A DNA stretch of 43,532 bases from a virus (lineage: Duplodnaviria > Heunggongvirae > Uroviricota > Caudoviricetes). Where the stretch lies: the IMG/VR virus record IMGVR_UViG_3300024268_000012. One strand, written 5' to 3'. Below the pieces are notes generated by a model. That model was not told the origin of the DNA. It worked only from the letters and a program-made list of their open reading frames with translations, and did no database searches. This document shows positions 28,117-37,920 of this stretch, piece after piece. How positions within the stretch are numbered: position 1 is the stretch's first letter; every line of letters starts with the position of its first letter. The translations under genes and the position numbers were made by a program.

Positions 28117-29507
28117 GGTTTCATCGCTCCTCTATTTACTAAAATTTTATAATATCGCATCATTTCTTCCACAGCACCATTGCCTAATAAACGCAAATAA
28201 CTGCAAGGTACAATAGAAGGATTAGTTGTATAGTCTTCCTCAACGCCAATATGACAATATAATCCACAAGTCATCATAAACATTAATAAACGATCATCTT
28301 CATTATATGCATATTTACTGTTGATTTGTCCAGCGCAAGCCATTGTTACAGCCATTTGATCAAAGAAATATTTTCTAGACATAATATCGGCATGGAAAGA
28401 CATAGAACCATAAGTGCGTTTCATCCAAACCTTATCATTAGTATTCATATTACATCCACTTTGCATTGCATGCTTAGTCTTCATTTTTTCATCAAGAGCT
28501 GCATTACGACAGAGACGATTACAAGTATAAATATTTCCTTCATGATCAATAGTAATATTATTCTTACTAGCGGAACAAGAATAAGAATTTTCTTGTGTCG
28601 CAATAGGATTGCCAGCTTCTGCTTGGAAAAATACTTCAGGTCCATTAAATAATTGACCAAAAAGAGGGCGACCATCATAGCAAGGTTTATCTTGTACATT
28701 TACTCTCGGTAAAAAGCTAAGCCATTTTGCAAATGTCTCACCATCTTCTTGAGTATAATAGCCTGGGTCAACCAAAGTTGGGCAACCCGCAATTTGTAAA
28801 CTAATATTTTTTTTACCTTCAATTAATTTATCGCATTCAACTTGTAAATCATTGAAGAATTTATAATACCAGTTAAATGAATCAATTCCTCTCTCATTCA
28901 TAATTTTCATATAACTAACATCTAATGTAGCTTTAGTATTAATTACAAGAGAGAAATATTCCATATCTGCAGGACAACGAGTTAAAATTTCTTTCATAGT
29001 TTTAATTGTGCTCGCAGTCGCTCCAGGATGACGAGAATCATCATTAAATTCAGGTGGACCATCTAAAGACATTTGAAGATTAAAAGTGATTTTACGTTTG
29101 TGGTGAGTTGCATAAACCATCATTGGCAAGAAAAAATCTTCATAAATGCGATCGCCCAAAAGAGCATTAGTAGAAAACATTACATCTTTAGCATTTGGAT
29201 AATAGTCAAATAATGCTTCAAATGTTGCTCGCCAGTACTGACTATTAATTGTAGGTTCTGCGCCCCACAAACTTACATTTTCAATAGCATCACGGATGCC
29301 TGCGGTGACACGTTTAACATTTTCTACAAAAGTTCCATCTTCAAGTGCTTGACGAATATCTCTATTATAAGAAGCCATGCACTTTTTTTCTTTTTCAATA
29401 TAACAATATTTACATGCCATATTGCAATCTGATGACCAGTGTAGGCTGACGCTGGCTATATTAGCCAGCGCTTCGCCTAAATAATCAAGAGAAGGAATTT
29501 GTTTCAT
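28095..29507 (-). CDS. Radical SAM enzyme with C-terminal SPASM-like Cys cluster (second, paralogous maturase)
   Basis: 'SSDCNMACKYCYI' CxxxCxxC. Later 'CSASKNNITIDHEGNIYTCNRLC...GCNMN...CAGQ' and 'CGLYC' cysteines. 470 aa. Overlaps the downstream rSAM gene by 22 nt. RBS gaggag. Confidence 0.8.
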   Translation of the reverse strand: MKQIPSLDYLGEALANIASVSLHWSSDCNMACKYCYIEKEKKCMASYNRDIRQALEDGTFVENVKRVTAGIRDAIENVSLWGAEPTINSQYWRATFEALFDYYPNAKDVMFSTNALLGDRIYEDFFLPMMVYATHHKRKITFNLQMSLDGPPEFNDDSRHPGATASTIKTMKEILTRCPADMEYFSLVINTKATLDVSYMKIMNERGIDSFNWYYKFFNDLQVECDKLIEGKKNISLQIAGCPTLVDPGYYTQEDGETFAKWLSFLPRVNVQDKPCYDGRPLFGQLFNGPEVFFQAEAGNPIATQENSYSCSASKNNITIDHEGNIYTCNRLCRNAALDEKMKTKHAMQSGCNMNTNDKVWMKRTYGSMSFHADIMSRKYFFDQMAVTMACAGQINSKYAYNEDDRLLMFMMTCGLYCHIGVEEDYTTNPSIVPCSYLRLLGNGAVEEMMRYYKILVNRGAMKPWPSIAM

Positions 29508-29528
29508 ATCTCCGTTTTCTCCTCTCGC

Positions 29529-31022
29529 TTAATTCGAGTAATTTCTTGAATAATAATTACTAGTATAATTACCAGTTTTATTGCCAGAATTATATGTAGA
29601 ATAGTTACCAGACTTATAAGTGGTATGATAACCTGTCTTATAGCTAGTATAATCCGCGGTATCATAACTATGATTGGTGCCATTATGAGAACTCTTGGCG
29701 CCACTGTCATTAGAAGAATAATAACTTCCATGATGGGAGGTATAATCCGCGCTATCATAGCTATAATTACTCGTTTTATAAGTTGTATAATGCGTTTTTG
29801 CGCTTGCATTATAACCACCATGATTACTTGTGTAATCTGCACTATCGTGAGAATATTTTCCACCATAGTGAGTAGTATAATTTGCGCCTTTTGCAGATGC
29901 ATTATAAGTAGCAAAATTGCTGCCATTATATCCGGCATAATGAGTGTACTTTCCACTGTTATATCCAGTATAATCTCCACCATTAGCAGATGCGTAATAT
30001 GAGCCTTTGTGCGTAGCATAGTTTGTGCTATGATAGGCATAATTACCACCATTGTGGACGGAATAATGTGCATTTGCTGTTGTATAATATCCGCCAAAAT
30101 TATTAGTATTATAAGAACTTAAGTGACCAACTTTTTCACTCTAATAATGTGTACTATTATGACCAGATTTATGTGTAATATAATATGTTTCATAATGAGC
30201 AGTATTTTGCCCAGTATAATGATTAACATAATAAGAAGTTTTTACTGTGGCATTATAATTAGTATAGTTTGCAGTATCATAAGTTACATAATGAGTAGTA
30301 TAATATGTGGCATTATTTGAAGTATTGTAGCCTGCATAATGGCTATATTTTTGCGCACCATTATGTGTATCAAATTCAGTACTAAATTGATTACCAAAAT
30401 GATCTGGACAATGTGAAGTATTATAAATTTGATAGTGCGTAGTATAATAATTAGTATAATACGCTTTATGGTTACTACTATAATCCGCAGACTTATGAAG
30501 ACGATTGCCCGTATAATAAGTTCCATGGAACTAATAATGAGCACTCTTATACGTTACATAATTTGTTGTATTATGTTCATAATTTCCACCAAAATAAGAA
30601 TAATAATGAGTACCATTATGAGTAGTATAATAATCTGCATAATGATTCGTATAATAACTTGCATTATGACCATATCGATGACTGTTAAAATACTCAGTAT
30701 AATAAGAATTATGCCAAGCTGTCCAGTTATTAATATCATATCCGGTATAATAATTTACTAAATGCCCTGTATAATAAGCATCATTATATCCAGATTTATG
30801 ACCTGATTTATAAGATGAAAGATGCCCGTTATAATATGTACCTTTTTCACCATTGTGATGGGTAGCATAATGTCCACTATAATGTGAACTTAAATGTCCG
30901 CTCAAGTGCCCTGAATAATATGCAGGGCAATGAGCAGCTTCTTGGGCCTAAATTGCAGTTAATGGATTATTTAAGTCAGAAGGAATAATTTTATTTCCTT
31001 TGACTGCTGTTGAAGTCGCCAT
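29529..31022 (-). CDS. Giant Tyr/His/Ser/Thr/Asn/Gly repeat protein B (putative rSAM substrate), read through ~3 TAG
   Basis: ATG at 31022 with RBS ggaggaa. The Y/H-rich frame (e.g. ORF 30531..30905 'GHLSSHYSGHYATHHNGEKGTYYNGHLSSYKSGH...') continues on both sides across TAG codons to TAA at ~29529, 20 nt before the rSAM start. Length is 1494 nt, divisible by 3. ORFs in other frames here are low-complexity artefacts. Confidence 0.65.
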
Positions 31023-31044
31023 TGTGGATTATTCCTCCTTTTTA

Positions 31045-32661
31045 TTAAGTTACAGTAACATTATGCGATTTATTACCAGCACGATAAGCGGTATAATTAG
31101 AAGTATTATAAGTGCCATAATTAGCAGTATAATAACCTGTCTTATAATTACTATGGTTACCACTATTATAACCACTCCAGTGAGAATTACGAGCAGCATT
31201 TTGACCACTATTATAAGAGCTATCATGTCCACTCTTATTACCTGAATAATGACCACTATTATATCCGCTCCAGTGAGAACGCTGTGCAGTTAAATTAGAG
31301 TTATTATATGTTGCATAGTTACCGCTTAAATGACTTGTATAATAACCACTATTATAACCACTCCAATGATTATTATAAGTGGAATAATTTGAACCATTAT
31401 GACTGGTGTAATGACCACTTAAATGTCCTGTATAATTACCATTATTTTCAGAGCTTCTATGAGAAGTATATACAGTCTTATTATGATTAGTGTAATGCGT
31501 AGCATAATAACCACTTAAATGCCCTGTATAATCACCTGCATTGTGAGATACATAATGAGCTCTATAACCAGTTTGATATCCCATATTATGACTAGAATAT
31601 CGTCCTGTATAATGAGTAGTATAATTATTACTATTATAAGTTGAATAATGATTATTTTTTCCTGTGTATTGAGCAGTATAATTAGAGCTTAAATAGCCAG
31701 AATTGTATCCAGTATAATTAGCTGCATCACGACTAGTGTATTGAGTACCATTATGCCCTGAATAATGCGTTTTTTGTCCTGCTTTATTTGTACTATTATA
31801 GGTCGAATAATGAGTTGTATAATTAGTAGTTTTTGCTCCACTATTATAGGTGGAATAATGAGAGCTTCTGTGAGCATAATCATATGTTTCAAAATGACTA
31901 TCATAAGCAACAGCACGGTGAGATTTTGCTCCAATATGATAAGTGGTATATTGAGTACCGTAATAGCCAGTATAATGACTATTTTGATTAGTATAATGAC
32001 TATAATAATAATTATTATAATTAGTACTCTTATAAGAACTATCATGTGAACTATAATAACCACTATAATATTCTGCATTATGACTTTCAAATTCTGCCGC
32101 TCTATGATAAAAATGACTTTTTTCAGTAGTATTGCGAGTTGTATAATGAGTTGCATAATAAGTAGCATTTCTACCGCTGTAATGTGGAGCAAAATACGTA
32201 TTATAATGAGCTTCACGATGAGCAGAATAATAAATACCACATGCTGCCCAGTTATCAAAATATTGCCAATTACTATGATGAGATCCATAGAAATCGGAAT
32301 TATGAGTTGTATAATAGCTACTATAATGACTACTCTTATAACTACTTTCTCTGCCGCTATAATATGTTGCATTATATGAAGTATATTGTGTTGCATAAAC
32401 CGTAGATTTATGCGCATTTAAATATCCTGCATTATAAGCGGCACAACCGTAATTGATAGAACCAGCTTGGCTATCAATAACATCCGATAATTCTTTAGGC
32501 GAATTATAATTTAATTTAGAATTATAAACTGCAATAGGATCATGTTGCCAATTATATTTGGCTAAACCCAATTTATCAGTTCTAAAATTATCAATTCGAT
32601 TTCGAACTAATAAATAATCAGAATATGCAGTTTTCTAACCCGTTGAAACTGGTACCGCCAT
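31045..32661 (-). CDS. Giant Tyr/His/Ser/Thr/Asn/Gly repeat protein A (putative rSAM substrate), one TAG at codon 9
   Basis: ATG at 32661 with RBS ggaggg. 'MAVPVSTG[TAG]KTAYSDYLLVRNRIDNFRTDK' continues into the ORF-track 508-aa ORF 31045..32571. About 538 aa, >85% S/T/N/G/Y/H. Repeats such as 'HWSGYNSGYYTSHLSGNYATYNNSN'. Confidence 0.7.
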
Positions 32662-32690
32662 TCGTTCGCCCTCCTTTATCTCTATAAAAT

Positions 32691-32720
32691 ATTATAACAA
32701 AAATTTTTATCTATGTCAAA
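32691..32720 (-). promoter_or_regulatory. Consensus sigma70-type promoter (TTGACA-N17-TGTTATAAT) for the Y/H-repeat + rSAM operon
   Basis: On the - strand: TTGACA (revcomp of 32715-32720), 17-nt spacer, TTTTGTTATAAT with TATAAT = revcomp of 32691-32696. Immediately 3' of a terminator hairpin and ~30 nt upstream of ATG 32661. Confidence 0.65.
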
Positions 32721-32753
32721 AAAAAATATGGCCGCAATTAAGCGGCCATATTT
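32715..32753 (-). terminator. Terminator after the tail-fibre gene (- strand), immediately upstream of the rSAM-operon promoter
   Basis: 9-bp stem TATGGCCGC/GCGGCCATA with AATTA loop (32727-32750). The + strand A9 run (32718-32726) gives a T-run on the - strand. Confidence 0.65.
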
Positions 32754-32941
32754 ACTATAAAATTTTAACATAAAGTTAAAATATATATATTCACATTTAC
32801 CGCAATCACCATGGGTTGCGTGATGTGGGATTTATCGGACAACATTCAAAATTTAATGTCTATGAAGTAATAGATAAATACCACCAAATCTGTTAAACAG
32901 CAATTTTTCAATCAATTGGTGTGTATTTTATATAAAAATTA

Positions 32942-35900
32942 TTAACGAACTTTAATCCAGATTCGTCCATTTACTTCAACATTACCAGTGCCCCAAGTCT
33001 CATAATTAGGGATTTCAGAAACAGTGCCAACAATACGATCAGGATACATCATAATTTCTTCTCTTGTCATTAAACTAACAGTGCCATTCGGACCAGTACA
33101 TACTGCTGCACCAAGAGGATAAGAATTTCTATCTTCATAAGTATATGCTAAAGCACGTCCAGCAACCGCCAAAGGAGTTTTACATTCGTTTGTTTCACCC
33201 ATAGCAGAACCAAAAGTATCAGATACAATACTTGCCCCAGCCTACAGTCTCTCTGTTGAAATTTTCATTTCTCCAGAAATATCTTCTATTACCACTCGGC
33301 CTGGCTCAACTGTTTCTGCTTTTCTAAATTCAGCATAGTCATTCCAAACAGCATTATATACTTTAGTACCATAAATAGCTCCAGCAACACCAAGACCACC
33401 AGATACTTTTAATGCACCAGAAGTAGTATTTGTTGCTGCGGTAGTATTTGTAATAGATACTACACCAGTAAATGTTTTAGTACCAGCAAAAGATTGTGTG
33501 CCGGTAGTTACAACGCCAGCTTGATTTGTTGCAGCATTAGGAACATATAATGTAGCAACGCCAGTGCCAGTAGCAATACTTAATCCACCAGTATAAGTCG
33601 GAGTATGATAATAGTTAGTGTTAGTATTTGGATTTGCTGGCATAGTTACCTTTAAGTCTACTCCAGCGACAGTACCAATAGTACTTGTTTGTCCCCATGC
33701 TAAAGTAGGGCCGCTATTAGTTACCGCTTTCCAAGAAGGAGCGGCAGAAGAGCCACCACTTGTTAAAATCTAACCCGCAGTTCCTGTACCCAAAGAAGCA
33801 AGAGCAGAAGAACTTGATGCATATACTAATCCATATGCTGTCCAAGATGTTTTTCCAGTACCGCCGTGACCGACCCCTAAAGTGCCAGTAATACCAGGAC
33901 GTGGGCTCGCCGCAAATACGTTAGCCGCGGTAGTAGAGCCAAGATTAACCAACATGGATGGATTTGAAGTAATTCCAGTACCACCATAAGCTACAGCAAG
34001 AGCATTGGTTAATTGTAAAGTAGGAATGGAGGTTGTACCATAAAATGTTACATCTTTATTATCCATTCCAATTCGCATTGCATTATTAAAAGTTGCTTCT
34101 GTGCTGGTGTTAGTTCCAGAACCAGAGGTTTGAAGCACAAAATAATTTGCATTAGATGATCCAGTTCCTAAAACACCCGCACGCCATTCTGCCCCATAAT
34201 TGGTAGTTTGATGTTCCCAAATAATAAACTTATCAGTATCACCAGTTAAAATACGAATATCGTCATTAAAGGTTTTTGCACCAGCAAATGTTTGCGCGCC
34301 AGTGGTGACAACGCCTCCTTGCGTAGCATTTGCTGCATCAAGCGTAACAGTTCTATTTTTTCCTGCGACAGTAATAGATAAAGTTTCACCATTAGCTCCT
34401 GCAGTAGAACTAAAGTTGCTAAATAGTGAGCTCGCATCACAAGATGTTATTATACCACCGTTTAAATAAACTGGTACACTTGCACTACCAGCTGTTCCAG
34501 TTAATGCTTTAATTTCACCACTAGACATATAGACAGGCTGAGTAGTTGAACCAAGAGTGGAGGATGATGCTGTTAATGTACCAGCATTTAAGAAGATTGG
34601 TTTTGCGCTTGCACCAACACTGGCGCCAGAAGCCTTAATTATACCATCTTCCATATAAATTGGTTTAGTCGCGCTACCAATATCTGAGGTAGACGCTGTG
34701 ATTGTACCACTATTTAAAAATACTGGATTATTAGATGCACCAACAGTAGAGGACGATGCTGTTAATGTACCAGCATTTAGATACATAGGAACAATACCAG
34801 ATCCAACCGTAGAAGTGGATGCTGTTGCTGCACCATCTGCTGCGATATATACAGGCTTTACTCCAGAACCAATTGCAGTATCATTGGTATGAACTACAAA
34901 CTGATATCCCGTAGTAGATGCTGCGACATTAGGTAAATTAAATACGTTACTATTCGCCGTACCAGAATCAATGCGAACGTCATAATCAGCAGTAGAAGCA
35001 TTGGTCTTATGAAAGTCTAAATAACGACCAATTTCACTTACACCAGATCCATTAACAGTAACAAAACCATTGTTAAACCATGCGCCAGATTTTGGTAAAG
35101 TAATAGTAATAGTTTCATCCGCGCCCTTATTGGTATGACCATAAGTATCAACAGTAATCTGCGGAATGGCAAAAGAGGTTGCGGCTCCAGTTAATGTTGT
35201 AACAGTATTGCCGCTAGTATAACCACTACTTGGTCCCTTCTTAGCATGCTTTGCGTCATAGGTGACTCCGTTAGTTCCAGCAGTACCAGTTAAAACAACA
35301 ATATCATCATCTGTTGCTGTTGCACTAATATTAATCTATACATTCTTTTTAGTGACAGTAATTTTACCATTGGTATCTTGGCTAATAGTATCAATAAAAG
35401 CGGATGCATTACCTGATGTACCTGGGCTAGACACAGCAGTTTGAAGAACCTTGTAGCTACCTTCATCACCAAGCAATTCCCAGCGACTATTGTAACTATT
35501 CCAAACATATTCTTTTGTGCCATAAATAACCACATCGCCAGCTAAACGATCATCGGGCCAAGTATATCCAGAAATTTTAGGATCAGTATTACTTTGATTT
35601 GTGATAGCTACGGTAGCAACACCGATATAATGCATTGCATTTGTTAAACCAAGATTAATACGTAGCTGCTCGGCAGTAATTGAACCTCCAAGAGAAACAC
35701 TTGTGCCTGCAATATTAACTGAAGAATTAACTAATTTATTATTAGCAATTGATCCCGCTAACATAGCATTGGTAACTTTACCAGTGCCAATAGTAGTAGT
35801 GATGTTCCAATCGGCACTTCCATTAGAAGAGCCTGTGCCACCTACGTCTCCACTTAAAGTAACTGCTCGTGATGCATTAAGTTTAGAAGCAGAAGTGGCA

Positions 35901-37276
35901 TTACCACTGAATGTAGTTGCATATACAGTTCCTTGCGCATAAATATTCTTCCATCTAGCAGTATCTGTACCAAGACTATATGTATTATGTGCAGAAGGAT
36001 TAATATGTTGAGCAGTGGTAGTTCCACCAATTGTAGCACCACTCGCACCAATTTCTGCCTTTTTAGCAACAATAGTTTCACCAAATGTTGCACCACCAGT
36101 AACGGTTAATGCTTGTGTAGCATGATTACTACCAATAACTGCTGTTCCAGTACTTGTTAACTTTGCAGAAGCAGTAATATATGGAGCAGAAATAGTGCCT
36201 TCAGAACTAATATTTCCAACCGCTGCAATAGTAGAAGATGCACTTATAGCACCAGTAAAAGAAGATGTTTCAGTTACAGCAAGAGTGCTTTGTAATGTGG
36301 TTGCGCCAGTTGCTTTTAAAGTTCCATTAGCAACAATATTTTTTAAATTTGCAACGCCAGCTCCACTAACATAATATGTTGTACCACCAAAATATAAAGA
36401 AGTGCCTGACGCTACAGTTGTTTTATTATTTAAAGCTACTGTATTAGTAAAAGTAGTAGCTCCATTGAAAGCCGCAGTTCCAGAGGCGGTCAAATTAGAA
36501 GCAATAGCTACAGGAACCGCTGCGATGTTTAATGTATTTGTTGTGTCAGAAAGAGTTTGATAAATAATAAATTGAGAGGCTTTATTATCAAAGATACCTC
36601 TTGTTACAGAAGTTGCTTTCATTTGCCATCCATGAGAACTGTTTTTCACATTAACATAAGCATCTCCACTAGAAGTGTTGATTGTTAATGGACCAGTCAT
36701 CGTATCGCCATCAATATTCACATATAAATCATCTAAAGCAGCTTCACAGTTTGTTAAAAAATTATTAACTGTTAAAATCGGACTATTATTGTGATATAAA
36801 TTGCTAGCATCACTTGTATATAAATACAACCCTCCAACTTGAGGATTTGTAGATTCTGCCAAACTTAAAATTGCCTTACCAGCGCTATCTTTAATAGCTT
36901 GCCCACTACTAAGAGTGACACCAGAAGACAGAACAGGGGAGGACTTAAAAGTCTTCACTCCATAAATTTCTTGAGCAACTAAGCTCAAAACACCAGAATG
37001 GTCTGATGAAGCATATGGCAATTCTCTAATTGCCTCTTGACCACCAACTTCTAATTTAATACAGCTGGCTTTTTCATCGTCGCCATCTGCTTTCACAAAA
37101 GTGATTACAGGCGCACCTGTTAATAAATCTGCGTACTAAGCATTTAACGGCACTCTCTCTGTGGCAGTATCAATATAAAACTTACCATTATCAGGAGTAA
37201 AATAAGCATAACCTTCAGTTATTTTTTGATTACCTAAGCTTGCCGCAGGACCTTTAAAAATCTTAAAAAGAGCCAA
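32942..37276 (-). CDS. Tail fibre / receptor-binding protein (~1445 aa), read through 4 TAG codons
   Basis: ORF-track pieces 35336..37096, 33770..34786, 33242..33643 and 32942..33202 are all in one frame, joined by TAG at 35336, ~33690 and 33242. A further TAG at ~37137 extends the N-terminus to a TTG/RBS (ggggaggg) at ~37276. It ends at TAA 32942. It contains Gly/Thr/Ser/Ala-rich ~17-aa tandem repeats (YLNAGTLTASSSTVGAS-type). Confidence 0.7.
33770..34786 (-). repeat. Intragenic tandem ~17-aa Gly/Ser/Thr/Ala-rich repeats within the tail-fibre gene
   Basis: Six consecutive units of the type '(Y/F)(L/M)N(A/S)G(T/I)(L/I)TAS(S/T)S(T/D)(V/L/I)G(A/S)' are visible in the translated ORF (MYLNAGTLTASSSTVGAS / NNPVFLNSGTITASTSDIGS / KPIYMEDGIIKASGASVGAS / KPIFLNAGTLTASSSTLGST ...). 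Confidence 0.6.
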
Positions 37277-37307
37277 TCTTCAGCCCTCCCCTGCTTATTT
37301 ATTATTC

Positions 37308-37901
37308 TTATGAAATATATAATTCATGCCAACGTACCGCTTTATCTTCTAAGATAGCAATACGGGCAAGTAATTCCTCAACGCCATCCACGCTTAAGTC
37401 CTCTTGTTCAGCACCCATTTCATTAGTTGGGAAACCTTTAAGAATATTTGCAGCACAGGCTTGAGTACTTAAATTATATACATAAATATCTTCTGCGGGA
37501 TCAATAGTATAGAAACGAACAACGAATTTAATTGGACCCGCACTTTTGGTTGCCCCTTTTCCAAGTTTCCAACCAAAATAAATTTTATTAGGATCGGTAG
37601 TAGTGTCCATATCTAAGACAGGACAAATTCTTCCTTCCTTGCTTGCGTTTAAATATTCAATAACACAAGTCATTGTAGATAAGTCTACTGAATCAAAATA
37701 CCGATCAGCACAAAAATATACTGTATCCGCTTGGTGGTCATTTTCCACACCGAGGAAAGACTGGTACTCAGTAGGCAAAGTTAGCTTACGAGAGTTCCAG
37801 TCAATCTCGATAATGGGCTGAGCTAATTCAACATGATCAGCAAGCATAATGGTGGTATTTTGAATAGACTTTAACACCTTATCATAATTAGAAAAAGCCA
37901 T
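37308..37901 (-). CDS. Structural (tail/baseplate) protein, paralogous to the N-terminus of the adjacent 589-aa protein
   Basis: 197 aa. 'TVYFCADRYFDSVDLSTMTCVIEYLNA...FVVRFYTI' parallels 'IIFFKVPRWFDAMDLNETLCVVQWYNA...FALRFYAL' in 37921..39690. Confidence 0.55.
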   Translation of the reverse strand: MAFSNYDKVLKSIQNTTIMLADHVELAQPIIEIDWNSRKLTLPTEYQSFLGVENDHQADTVYFCADRYFDSVDLSTMTCVIEYLNASKEGRICPVLDMDTTTDPNKIYFGWKLGKGATKSAGPIKFVVRFYTIDPAEDIYVYNLSTQACAANILKGFPTNEMGAEQEDLSVDGVEELLARIAILEDKAVRWHELYIS

Positions 37902-37920
37902 TCAAAACTCCTCCATTTAA

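Noticed and set aside
29504-32417. Many long ORFs in alternative frames and on the + strand across 29.5-32.4 kb (e.g. 29504..30097, 29625..30002, 30123..30320, 30429..30761, 31689..32417, 31765..32049), encoding Ile/Met/Val/Thr-rich 'proteins'
   Set aside because: They are artefacts of the strong 3-nt compositional periodicity of the Tyr/His-repeat genes. Only the Y/H-rich - strand frame has RBS-led starts, joins neighbouring genes without gaps and is continuous across TAG codons.
29529-32661. Possible CRISPR array or non-coding tandem repeat
   Set aside because: The repeats are imperfect, have no spacer/repeat alternation, and sit inside a clean reading frame with start, RBS and stop. They are coding repeats.
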